Assembly (NCBI RefSeq): GCF_900108045.1
Contig: NZ_FNUK01000001.1
Span: 98,300-122,299, forward strand
Source of the DNA: Caloramator fervidus
GTDB taxonomy: Bacteria; Bacillota; Clostridia; Clostridiales; Caloramatoraceae
Direction: 5' to 3'
DNA: 24,000 bases
Shown: in pieces, positions 1 through 7,833 of the stretch
Position numbering within the stretch: position 1 is the stretch's first letter
Layout: the number at the start of each line of letters is the position of its first letter
Notes under the pieces: model-generated
Seen by the model: the letters and a program-made list of their open reading frames with translations, nothing else
Database searches by the model: none
What the model was told of the DNA's origin: nothing
Made by a program: the position numbers and the translations under genes

Positions 1-366
1 GTAACCAATTTAAACTTATATAAAGGGCTTGGAATTACAGTATCCTTAGACGATTTTGGGACAGGCTATTCTTCTTTAAATTACTTTAAAAAGTTAGCTT
101 TAGACTCAATTAAAATAGATAGGGAGTTTATAGAATCACTAATGTTTGATTATAAAGATAGGATTATTGTAAAGACGATAATAGATCTGTCTCACTCTTT
201 TGGTTATAGCGTTATAGCAGAGGGGGTGGAAAATGAATATCAATTTGAAGTTTTAAAAAAATTAGGATGTGATGCTTTTCAAGGTTTTTACTTTAGTAGG
301 CCTTTGCCTAAAAAGGACTTTGAAAAGCTTATAAATAAAAAAATAAAACAGGAGGTATTTAGATGA
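1..366 (+). CDS. EAL-domain c-di-GMP phosphodiesterase, C-terminal portion (5' end lies outside the window)
   Basis: Frame 1 is open from base 1. The translation ...[33 protein letters not shown]...[32 protein letters not shown] carries the DDFGTG, KIDR and EGVE...QGxxFSxP motifs typical of EAL domains. The stop is TGA at 364-366. Confidence 0.85.
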   Translation, partial: VTNLNLYKGLGITVSLDDFGTGYSSLNYFKKLALDSIKIDREFIESLMFDYKDRIIVKTIIDLSHSFGYSVIAEGVENEYQFEVLKKLGCDAFQGFYFSRPLPKKDFEKLINKKIKQEVFR

Positions 367-1607
367 GAACAAGGTTTTTATTTTTTAATCTTTTGTTTTT
401 ATTGATTATGGGAATTTTTCTGTATTTTATGAAGGTTAAGTTATTATATTCAATTTTATTGTTAGCGTTGTTTGAAGTTTATGCCATTGTTCAGGATAAG
501 ATTTCAATAGGAAGTTTTATAAATTCAATAGAGGATGTTAAAAATCATCTTGAGATGGTTGTAAAGGGAGATATTTCAAAGGATGTAGAATATACAAGTG
601 ACAAGAGAATGGATACTTTAATAGATAAGTTAAATGGGATGTTTAAATTAATGAGGGAACTTTTAACTAACATAAATGTGGCCTTTGACAATGTTGAGGA
701 AAAATCAAAGGAGTTAAACGATATAGCAAATTACTCATCACAAAATACAGATAACATATCTTCTATGATACAGGAAGTTGCATCGGCATCTCAGGAGTTG
801 TCTGCGACAATTCAGGAGGCTTCTGCAACTTTAGAGGAGATAACAGCTTCAATAGAAGAGATAAGTGCAAATAGCCAAAGCGCAAAGGAAAATGCAGAGT
901 TTTCAATATCGGTATCAAGAAATGGCGTTGATGCGGTTAATAACTCTTTGAAAAATATGTATAGGATAAACGAATCTATAAAAAATATAGCTGCATCAAT
1001 TGAAACTTTAAAGAAAAACGCAAAGGAGATAAATGGAATTGTAGATATTATTTTAAACATATCTAATCAGGTAAATTTATTAGCTTTAAACGCTGCAATT
1101 GAAGCTGCAAGGGCAGGAGAAGCAGGAAGGGGATTTGCAGTAGTTGCTTCAGAGATAAGGACGCTTTCTGAACAAACTCAAAGTTCTTCTAAAAATATAA
1201 TTGAAGTTGTAGAAAGCATAAACGAAAATATTGAAAAACTTGCTAGTGAAATAAAAGAAAATGAAACTATAGTTACAGAGGGAGTAGATCTTATACAAAA
1301 GAGCGAAAAGGCTTTATCTGATATAATGGATAAGACATATGAAATAGCAGAAGTATCAGAACAGATAAACAAAGCAATACATCAGCAGTCGGATGCAATA
1401 CAGCAGCTTAATGCTTCAATACAAAATATATCTGCAGCAGCTGAGCAGCTTTCAGCATCTTCACAGGAAGGTTCATCTGCTATACAAAACCAAGAGGAGA
1501 TAGGAAGAAAGCTTTTAAATATATCAAACGATTTAGAAAAGCTTATAGTAATTCTTAACGATAGTTTAGATAAATTCATATATAAAAATAAAGATATTGA
1601 CAATTAA
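363..1607 (+). CDS. Methyl-accepting chemotaxis protein with a membrane hairpin and no evident extracytoplasmic sensor domain
   Basis: 414-aa ORF. An AGGAGG RBS at 350-355 lies 7 nt before the ATG at 363, and this ATG overlaps the upstream stop (ATGA). The N-terminus has two adjacent hydrophobic helices. The signalling-tip motif [35 protein letters not shown] is present, flanked by heptad Ala/Ser/Gln/Glu-rich methylation-helix sequence. Confidence 0.9.
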   Translation: MRTRFLFFNLLFLLIMGIFLYFMKVKLLYSILLLALFEVYAIVQDKISIGSFINSIEDVKNHLEMVVKGDISKDVEYTSDKRMDTLIDKLNGMFKLMRELLTNINVAFDNVEEKSKELNDIANYSSQNTDNISSMIQEVASASQELSATIQEASATLEEITASIEEISANSQSAKENAEFSISVSRNGVDAVNNSLKNMYRINESIKNIAASIETLKKNAKEINGIVDIILNISNQVNLLALNAAIEAARAGEAGRGFAVVASEIRTLSEQTQSSSKNIIEVVESINENIEKLASEIKENETIVTEGVDLIQKSEKALSDIMDKTYEIAEVSEQINKAIHQQSDAIQQLNASIQNISAAAEQLSASSQEGSSAIQNQEEIGRKLLNISNDLEKLIVILNDSLDKFIYKNKDIDN

Positions 1608-1625
1608 ATTATAGTATGATAATAT
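1597..1625 (+). promoter_or_regulatory. Putative sigmaA promoter for the SAM-riboswitch/metK leader
   Basis: TTGACA (1597-1602), a 17-nt spacer, then TAATAT (1620-1625). It sits about 30 nt upstream of the riboswitch P1 stem. Confidence 0.45.
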
Positions 1626-1657
1626 TAGACGAGTAAAAATTGAATACGATAAGGTTA

Positions 1658-1760
1658 TCCTTATCAAGAGAGGTGGAGGGACGGGCCCGATGAAACCCGG
1701 CAACCTGCGGAAAGCAAGGTGCCAATTCCTGCAGAATGGAAACATTCTGGGAGATGAGGA
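1658..1760 (+). promoter_or_regulatory. SAM-I (S-box) riboswitch aptamer
   Basis: TCCTTATCAAGAGAGGTGGAGGGACGGGCCCGATGAAACCCGGCAACC...GGTGCCAATTCCTGCAG...GAGATGAGGA matches the conserved S-box core (CUUAUCAAGAG, GGAGGGA, GGCCC, GAAACCCGGCAACC, GGUGCCAAUUCC, AGAUGAG). P1 forms between TCCTTATC and GATGAGGA. It lies directly upstream of metK. Confidence 0.92.
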
Positions 1761-1767
1761 CTATTTT

Positions 1768-1798
1768 AAGCCTCTTCTTGTCAGAAGAGGCTTTTTTT
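1768..1798 (+). terminator. Riboswitch-controlled intrinsic terminator
   Basis: Perfect 11-bp stem AAGCCTCTTCT / AGAAGAGGCTT with loop TGTC, followed by a T7 run. It sits between the aptamer and the metK RBS (AAGGAGGG, about 1857-1864). Confidence 0.85.
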
Positions 1799-1870
1799 AT
1801 AGTTTAGTTAAAAAAGTTTTTATATAAAATCCTGATGTAGGATATCATATATTATGAAGGAGGGTTTAGA

Positions 1871-3061
1871 ATGGTTAAAAGGCTTTTTACATCAGAATCA
1901 GTAACAGAAGGACATCCAGATAAGGTTTGCGACCAAATTTCAGATGCTATACTTGATGCTATACTAGCTCAGGACCCATACGCAAGGGTTGCTTGCGAAA
2001 CTGCTGTTACAACTGGTATGGTTTTGGTTATGGGAGAAATTTCAACAAATTGTTATGTTGATATTCCAAAGATAGTAAGAAAAACTATAGAAGAAATAGG
2101 ATATACAAGAGCAAAATATGGCTTTGATGCAGATACCTGTGCAGTTATAACTTCAATAGATGAACAATCACCAGATATAGCAATGGGTGTTGATAAAGCT
2201 TTAGAAGCAAGAAAAGGAGAAATGGATCCAATAGAAGCTATAGGTGCTGGAGACCAAGGAATGATGTTTGGTTTTGCATGCAACGAAACACCAGAATATA
2301 TGCCACTACCGATATCCCTTGCCCACAAACTTGCAAGAAGGCTTGCTGAAGTTAGAAAGAATGGAACTTTAGATTATTTAAGACCAGATGGAAAAACTCA
2401 AGTTACTGTTGAATATCATGATGATAAGCCAGTTAGAATAGATACAATAGTTGTTTCAGCACAACACAGCCCAGAAGTTACAAGGGAACAAATTGAAAGG
2501 GATATAATAGAACATGTTATAAGAAAAGTTGTTCCAGCTCATCTTTTAGATGAAAATACAAAATATTTTATAAACCCAACAGGAAGATTTGTAATTGGTG
2601 GACCACATGGAGACTCAGGATTAACAGGAAGAAAGATAATAGTTGATACATACGGTGGATATGGAAGACACGGTGGTGGAGCTTTCTCAGGAAAGGACCC
2701 AACAAAGGTTGACCGTTCAGCTGCTTATGCTGCAAGATGGGTAGCAAAGAACTTAGTTGCAGCAGGACTTGCAGATAAGCTTGAAGTTGAAATAGCTTAT
2801 GCTATAGGGGTTGCAAAGCCAGTTTCAATAACAGTTGAAACATTTGGAACAGGAAAACTTCCAGATGATAAGATTGTTGAAATAATAAATAGAGTATTTG
2901 ATTTAAGACCAGCTGCTATAATAAAGCAACTTGATCTAAGAAGACCAATTTACAGACAAGTTGCAGCATATGGCCACTTTGGAAGAACAGATCTTGATCT
3001 TCCATGGGAAAGACTTGATAAGGTAGAAGAAATAAAGAAAGTAGTTGCTGAAATGATGTAA
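1871..3061 (+). CDS. metK: S-adenosylmethionine synthetase
   Basis: 396-aa ORF with hallmark motifs: [35 protein letters not shown] and [23 protein letters not shown]. It is preceded by an S-box leader. Confidence 0.97.
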   Translation: MVKRLFTSESVTEGHPDKVCDQISDAILDAILAQDPYARVACETAVTTGMVLVMGEISTNCYVDIPKIVRKTIEEIGYTRAKYGFDADTCAVITSIDEQSPDIAMGVDKALEARKGEMDPIEAIGAGDQGMMFGFACNETPEYMPLPISLAHKLARRLAEVRKNGTLDYLRPDGKTQVTVEYHDDKPVRIDTIVVSAQHSPEVTREQIERDIIEHVIRKVVPAHLLDENTKYFINPTGRFVIGGPHGDSGLTGRKIIVDTYGGYGRHGGGAFSGKDPTKVDRSAAYAARWVAKNLVAAGLADKLEVEIAYAIGVAKPVSITVETFGTGKLPDDKIVEIINRVFDLRPAAIIKQLDLRRPIYRQVAAYGHFGRTDLDLPWERLDKVEEIKKVVAEMM

Positions 3062-3090
3062 ACTTAGGTGCTTGCACCTAAGTTTTTTTT
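3062..3090 (+). terminator. Intrinsic terminator of metK
   Basis: Stem ACTTAGGTG / CACCTAAGT with loop CTTG, followed by a T8 run. Confidence 0.85.
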
Positions 3091-3141
3091 GTATAAAAAA
3101 CTAGTATTTTCCCCTAATTATATGGTGAAGGGGGTGGTAAA

Positions 3142-3366
3142 ATGGCAGTTACATCAGTAAAGGTTACATCAAATGTTATTTTTAAAGTTAAGGTTGGGGT
3201 TGACCAAAACGGAAACGACATTGAAAAAAACGTAACTTTAAAAAGAATAAAGGCAAATGCACAGGATCAAGATGTTTTTGATGTTGTTTTAGCCTTAAGC
3301 AACCTTCTAGAAGGACCAGTTCAAAGCGTTACAAGACAGGATATATCCCAATTGATTAATGCATAG
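3142..3366 (+). CDS. Small soluble protein, DUF1659-like (first gene of a three-gene small-protein operon)
   Basis: 74-aa ORF with a strong RBS (GAAGGGGGTGG, 3127-3137). The sequence pattern ...VGVDQNGNDIEKNVTLKRIKANAQDQDVFDVVLALSNLL...VTRQD resembles the DUF1659 family as I remember it. It is followed by its usual DUF2922 and YvrJ partners. Confidence 0.65.
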   Translation: MAVTSVKVTSNVIFKVKVGVDQNGNDIEKNVTLKRIKANAQDQDVFDVVLALSNLLEGPVQSVTRQDISQLINA

Positions 3367-3377
3367 GGGGGATCTAG

Positions 3378-3593
3378 ATGAAAACTTTACAGATGGTTTT
3401 TCAAAACAGTGAAGGTAAAAACGTCTCAATAAACATACCTTATGTTAAAGATGGGATTACAGCAGAGGATATAAAAAATGTTATGAACCTTATAATATCT
3501 AAAAACATATTTGATTCTCAAGGAGGAGACCTTGTAAGGATAATGGGAGCAAGCGTAATTTCAAGGGATGTTACTGATTATGATGTAAAGTAA
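3378..3593 (+). CDS. Small soluble protein, DUF2922-like
   Basis: 71-aa ORF with a GGGGGGA RBS, starting 11 nt after the upstream stop. The pattern MKTLQMVFQNSEGKNVSINIPYVKDGITAEDIKNVMNLIISKNIF...ISRDVTD resembles DUF2922. By eye it also aligns with the preceding protein (KNV[TS][LI]..., [AT]x[DE]D[VI]xxVxxL[IS], [ST]R[QD][DV]). Confidence 0.65.
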   Translation: MKTLQMVFQNSEGKNVSINIPYVKDGITAEDIKNVMNLIISKNIFDSQGGDLVRIMGASVISRDVTDYDVK

Positions 3594-3603
3594 GGGGGAT
3601 TTT

Positions 3604-3750
3604 ATGGATAATCTTTTAAATCAGATAGCCAATTTAGGCTTTCCGATAGTTTTATCTATTTACCTTCTTGTTAGGGTGGAAGGTAAATTAGAAAAACTTT
3701 CTGAAAGCATAAATGAGCTATCTAAGGTTATTGCTTCTTTTAAAGGTTAA
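3604..3750 (+). CDS. YvrJ-family small membrane protein (48 aa; not in the supplied ORF track)
   Basis: The ATG at 3604 is preceded by an AAGGGGGA RBS, 10 nt after the upstream stop. My translation is MDNLLNQIANLGFPIVLSIYLLVRVEGKLEKLSESINELSKVIASFKG, with stop TAA at 3748-3750. It has one hydrophobic helix followed by an amphipathic tail, as in YvrJ-type proteins. Confidence 0.6.
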   Translation: MDNLLNQIANLGFPIVLSIYLLVRVEGKLEKLSESINELSKVIASFKG

Positions 3751-3770
3751 GGCAGGTTATCCTGCCTTAA
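3747..3770. terminator. Hairpin shared by the convergent small-protein operon and the MFS gene
   Basis: Perfect 10-bp stem TTAAGGCAGG / CCTGCCTTAA with loop TTAT. It overlaps both stop codons (3748-3750 on +, 3767-3769 on -) and has a T-rich tail on the + side. Confidence 0.6.
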
Positions 3771-4981
3771 CTTATTTTATGTCTTATTACAAACATAAGG
3801 CCTGAAAATATTCTTAAAAATCCTATTATTACAAGGGCTGTTTTTATATCTGTTATTTTATATAGTCTCATGCCAACCCAAGGTGAAATTACTAAGGTTA
3901 TATTGGTAATAAGATTGTAAAAGGCTATAAAAGATGTTCTGTTTTCTCTTGGGCAAACTTCGTATAAAGAGTTTAAAAGAAGTAACATAACCCCTGAAGT
4001 GCTAAGGCCTGTTAGCGGGACAAAATATGTAACTTGGTATATTTTATTTGATATTGAATAAGCAAAGGGGGCTACTGCCATTCCAAGGGATGCTATTGTT
4101 ATAGCAAGGGAATTTCCCTTATTTTTAGAAAAATGTCCCCAAAATTTATATCCAAAGGCCATTGCAAGACCGTTTATTGCTGAAATTATTGATGTCCACA
4201 TCTCATTTGTTTTAAGGTAGTCAACTTCATAGGTTAAAAATAAAGGCCAAGCCATTTGCCATGTAAAATGAAAGATAAATATAGTGATTATAAATATTAA
4301 ATAGTTTTTATGTTTTGGAAGATTTTTAATAAAATCTATTGATATTTTGTTGTTTTCATTGGAAACTTCTGCATGTTTTAAATTTTTGGGTATTCTATGC
4401 ATAATAAGAACAATAACTTCTAAAACACCAAATATAAAGGCTACTATAAAAGCTATTTGGTATAGGGATATAAGTTGAGATTTTGTTTTTGAAATGCTAT
4501 AAAGCAAAAATCCTGTAGTTAATGTGGTTATTGTTCCAACTAATGTGGCAATGCTGTTTCTTGAAGATAAGCTTGCTTCCCTATCTCCAGGAGGAAAAAT
4601 ATCCGCTATCAAGGACTGCCAAAGAAAAATTGCTATAGAGTTTGGAAAGTTCATAGCGCTGTAAAGTATTACAAAGGCTAAGGGCCTTGTGTTTTTAGGC
4701 AAAAAAGGGACAAGAGCCATGGTAAGATAAAAAAATCTTGTTGCAAGAAAACATAAGGAGGTTGTTCTTTTTTTGTTCTTTGTGTTTGTTAAAATGATCC
4801 CCCCTAAAAATATAGCTAGTATACTAAAAAATGCTGGCAGAGAGTTAAAAAGGGACACTAGTTCATCATTTGCATTAAGTCTTTTTAAGAAAAGGCCTGC
4901 AAAGGAAGTGGCAAGGTTTACTGATATAACCTGTAAAATTCCGTTTAGATTATTTAAAAAGAAATTGTTTTTAAATTTCAA
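3767..4981 (-). CDS. MFS-type transporter (substrate unknown)
   Basis: 404-aa ORF that is highly hydrophobic throughout, with about 12 predicted helices arranged as two six-helix halves joined by a charged central loop (HRIPKNLKHAEVSNENNK). It starts with TTG, 5 nt after a GGGGGTG RBS. Confidence 0.8.
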   Translation of the reverse strand: MKFKNNFFLNNLNGILQVISVNLATSFAGLFLKRLNANDELVSLFNSLPAFFSILAIFLGGIILTNTKNKKRTTSLCFLATRFFYLTMALVPFLPKNTRPLAFVILYSAMNFPNSIAIFLWQSLIADIFPPGDREASLSSRNSIATLVGTITTLTTGFLLYSISKTKSQLISLYQIAFIVAFIFGVLEVIVLIMHRIPKNLKHAEVSNENNKISIDFIKNLPKHKNYLIFIITIFIFHFTWQMAWPLFLTYEVDYLKTNEMWTSIISAINGLAMAFGYKFWGHFSKNKGNSLAITIASLGMAVAPFAYSISNKIYQVTYFVPLTGLSTSGVMLLLLNSLYEVCPRENRTSFIAFYNLITNITLVISPWVGMRLYKITDIKTALVIIGFLRIFSGLMFVIRHKIS

Positions 4982-5026
4982 AATAACACCCCCATCCTAG
5001 AAAAATTATAACATAAAAATAACCCT

Positions 5027-5056
5027 TTGACACCGAACAAATGTTCGTATTATAAT
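5027..5056 (+). promoter_or_regulatory. SigmaA-type promoter of the ComK-like/recD2/comFA-like/comFC operon
   Basis: TTGACA (5027-5032), an 18-nt spacer, then TATAAT (5051-5056). It lies 33 nt upstream of the ATG at 5089. Confidence 0.6.
5034..5047. promoter_or_regulatory. LexA (Cheo/SOS) box
   Basis: CGAACAAATGTTCG is a perfect match to the Gram-positive LexA operator consensus CGAAC-N4-GTTCG. It lies inside the promoter spacer. Confidence 0.7.
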
Positions 5057-5088
5057 TTTTTTGTAATTTAATGGAAGGGGATGGGAGA

Positions 5089-5610
5089 ATGTTGATATAC
5101 ATTTTACCCTATTATATAGAAAATTTAGGAGATGGATGTAAGATAAAAGATGAAAAGGGAGAAAGAATTGTTAGTGTAAAAATTACAAACCTTTTAAAAA
5201 GCATTTTAAAGGAAAGGATGCTTGATTTTAGAGAGGTTAAAAGAAAAAGCAAGAGAATTTTAAACCAAAGAAATATAATTCCACTTTACATAGGAGATGG
5301 GGAAATACTTTTGCCTGTAAAGGTAAGAAGACCTAAAGTTTTAAGGGATGAAGTTTATGGCTATGTTAATTTTTATTTTATTGATAAAATAGAAGATGGA
5401 CAGATTATTTTAAAGGATGGTCAAGTTATTAATTATTTAGAAAGCAAAAGATGTCTTTCTAGAAGGATTAAGATGGTAAGCCTTTTAGAAAGAGAGTTTT
5501 GTGATAAAATTAAATCAAATTATTTTAATTTAGATGACCCTGCTACAAAGGGAGATATAATGTTTCTTTTAAAAGAAATAATTGATATTAAAAGACTTTT
5601 AGATAGGTGA
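5089..5610 (+). CDS. Hypothetical protein with a weak ComK-like layout (the family assignment is tentative)
   Basis: The ORF is open from 5071, but only the ATG at 5089 has an RBS (AAGGGGA at 5075-5081). By eye the order of segments is ComK-like: (ILP...), (NQRNIIPLYIGDGEILLPVK), (YVNFYFIDKIE...IILKDGQVINYLESKRCLSRRIKMVSLLEREF). The CDS itself is well supported, but the family call is not. Confidence 0.45.
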   Translation: MLIYILPYYIENLGDGCKIKDEKGERIVSVKITNLLKSILKERMLDFREVKRKSKRILNQRNIIPLYIGDGEILLPVKVRRPKVLRDEVYGYVNFYFIDKIEDGQIILKDGQVINYLESKRCLSRRIKMVSLLEREFCDKIKSNYFNLDDPATKGDIMFLLKEIIDIKRLLDR

Positions 5611-5615
5611 TGGAA

Positions 5616-7823
5616 ATGATAGAAATAGAAGGAGTTGTAGAAAACATAATTTTTAGGAATGAAGAAAATGGATATACCGTTATAAAACTAAGGCATAATA
5701 ACGATATAATATCTGTTGTTGGTATAATGCCTTATATAAGCGAAAACATAAAGATAAAAGTATTTGGACAGTGGGTTTTACATCCCACCTTTGGTCAGCA
5801 AATAAAGCTTATATCTTATGAAGAAGTTACTCCAAATACAGCAGATGGCATAGAAAAGTATTTGGCCTCTGGTCTTATTCCAGGAATAGGTCCTGTTACT
5901 GCCAAAAAGATAGTTGAAAAGTTTGGAAAAGACACCTTTGAAATAATTGAAATGAATCCTGAAAGGCTTACAGAGGTTGATGGAATAGGAGAAAAAAAAG
6001 CTCAAAGGATAGCAGAGGCTTTTATAGAGCAAAGGGAACTTAGAAATGTTTTAATATTTCTTCAAAGTTATGGTATTTCCACTAATATTGGGGTTAAGAT
6101 TTTTAAAAGGTATGGAAATGAAACTATAAAAGTTGTAAAGGAAAACCCTTATAGGCTTTGTGATGAAGTAAATGGTATAGGCTTTAAAACGGCAGATAAA
6201 ATAGCAAGAAGTTTAGGAGTTGATTTGAATTCAAATTATAGAATTAGAGCAGGAATAAAATATGTTCTTGCAAATTGCATATCTAATGGCCATGTATATC
6301 TTCCAAAACTTGAACTTTTAGAGGAGGTTTATAATCTTTTAAACGTTCCTAAGGAGCTTATTGAAAATGAAATTTTATCTTTAATCAAATCAAAGGAAGT
6401 TGTATGTGATAAGATAGAAGGTCAAGAGGCTTATTATCTTGCACCATATTATTTTGCAGAAACAAAAGTTGCAGCAAAACTTATAGAGCTTTCCCTTCAA
6501 ACTATAAATGAAGATATAAATTGGATTGAAGAAAATATAGCTGAATTTGAAAAGGAAAATAATATAGAGCTTGCAAAAGAGCAAAAGGAAGCTGTAATAA
6601 AGGCTATAACCAGTGGGGTTTGTGTGATAACAGGAGGTCCTGGAACGGGAAAGACGACTATAATAAAGTGTATTATTAGAATATTTAAGAAAAAAGGATT
6701 ACAGGTAGCTTTGTGTGCTCCAACAGGAAGGGCAGCAAAAAGGATTACTGAGGCTACTCAAAGTGAAGCTAAAACTATTCACAGGCTCCTTGAAATAGAA
6801 TTTTTAGAATCAGAAAATGGCCCCTCCTTTGCAAGAAATGAAGATAATCCATTAGAGGAGGATGTGATAATAGTAGATGAGGCCTCTATGGTGGATATTC
6901 TTCTTATGAATAGTCTTTTAAAGGCAATAGACTTTGGAAAAAGGCTTATAATCGTGGGAGATGTTGACCAGCTTCCATCAGTGGGGCCGGGTAATGTTTT
7001 AAGGGATATAATAGAAAGTAAATCAGTTCCTGTTGTAAAGTTAAATAAAATTTTTAGACAAAAAAATGAAAGTCTTATTGCCATAAATGCTCATAGGATA
7101 AATAAAGGGGAAATGCCATATCTTAATGAAAAGGATAAGGACTTTTTCTTTATACAAAAAAGCAACCCTAAGGACGTTTTAGAAGAAATACTAAATCTTG
7201 TAGATAGGCGTCTTCCAAGTTTTAAAGAAGGCTTTGACCCTTTAAGGGATATACAGGTTTTATCTCCTATGAGAAAAGGTGAAAATGGCGTTTTAAACCT
7301 TAACAGAGAGCTTCAAAGGATACTAAATCCACCATCAAGCCTTAAAGCTGAAAAGGAAGTTAGGGATATTGTATTTAGAGAAGGCGATAAGGTTATGCAG
7401 ATTAAAAACAATTACAGTTTAGAATGGACTGGAGCTTTTGAACAGGGCTTTGGAGTTTTTAATGGAGATATTGGATATATAGAAAAGATAGATAATGAAG
7501 AGCAAAAAGTAATTGTTGCTTTTGAAGATAAAAAGGTTGTTTATGATTTTTCAAACTTAGATGAGCTGGATCTTGCCTATGCTATAACCATACATAAAAG
7601 TCAGGGAAGTGAGTTTCCTGTTATAGTTGTTCCTGTTTGTTTTGGACCACCTATGCTTATGACAAGAAATTTAATCTATACGGCAATTACAAGGGCTAAA
7701 AAACTTGTGGTTTTGGTAGGAATGAAACAGGCTTTAGGCTATATGATTTCAAATGATAAAGTTTCAGATAGATATTCAGGGCTTAAGGAAAGGATAATAA
7801 GGTTTATATCTGATTTAAAATAG
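5616..7823 (+). CDS. recD2: RecD2-type SF1B ATP-dependent DNA helicase
   Basis: The ORF is open from GTG at 5607. The ATG at 5616 has an AGGTGA RBS 6 nt upstream. The N-terminus is an OB-like region followed by helix-hairpin-helix (GIGPVTAKKIV, GIGEKKAQ). Walker A is GGPGTGKTT, Walker B is IIVDEASMVD, followed by GDVDQLPSVGPG and the C-terminal AITIHKSQGSEF. Confidence 0.93.
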   Translation: MIEIEGVVENIIFRNEENGYTVIKLRHNNDIISVVGIMPYISENIKIKVFGQWVLHPTFGQQIKLISYEEVTPNTADGIEKYLASGLIPGIGPVTAKKIVEKFGKDTFEIIEMNPERLTEVDGIGEKKAQRIAEAFIEQRELRNVLIFLQSYGISTNIGVKIFKRYGNETIKVVKENPYRLCDEVNGIGFKTADKIARSLGVDLNSNYRIRAGIKYVLANCISNGHVYLPKLELLEEVYNLLNVPKELIENEILSLIKSKEVVCDKIEGQEAYYLAPYYFAETKVAAKLIELSLQTINEDINWIEENIAEFEKENNIELAKEQKEAVIKAITSGVCVITGGPGTGKTTIIKCIIRIFKKKGLQVALCAPTGRAAKRITEATQSEAKTIHRLLEIEFLESENGPSFARNEDNPLEEDVIIVDEASMVDILLMNSLLKAIDFGKRLIIVGDVDQLPSVGPGNVLRDIIESKSVPVVKLNKIFRQKNESLIAINAHRINKGEMPYLNEKDKDFFFIQKSNPKDVLEEILNLVDRRLPSFKEGFDPLRDIQVLSPMRKGENGVLNLNRELQRILNPPSSLKAEKEVRDIVFREGDKVMQIKNNYSLEWTGAFEQGFGVFNGDIGYIEKIDNEEQKVIVAFEDKKVVYDFSNLDELDLAYAITIHKSQGSEFPVIVVPVCFGPPMLMTRNLIYTAITRAKKLVVLVGMKQALGYMISNDKVSDRYSGLKERIIRFISDLK

Positions 7824-7833
7824 AGGTGATATA

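Noticed and set aside
812-1603. Three minus-strand ORFs (812-1060, 1178-1372, 1382-1603) inside the MCP gene.
   Set aside because: They lie entirely antisense to a well-supported MCP CDS. Their translations are low-complexity Ser/Ile/Phe-rich mirror images of the Ala/Glu/Ser heptads. They have no RBS, so they are shadow ORFs.
3091-3120. Forespore sigma-G-like promoter upstream of the small-protein operon: GTATA, an 18-nt spacer, then CTAATTA.
   Set aside because: The -35 fits GHATR, but the -10 matches only 5 of 7 positions of CATxHTA as I recall the consensus. In AT-rich DNA this is too weak to call. I mention it only as something a transcription-start map could test.
4773-5000. 75-aa + strand ORF at the 5' end of the MFS gene.
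   Set aside because: It is antisense to the MFS CDS and lies upstream of the promoter/LexA box that serves the + strand operon. It has no RBS.
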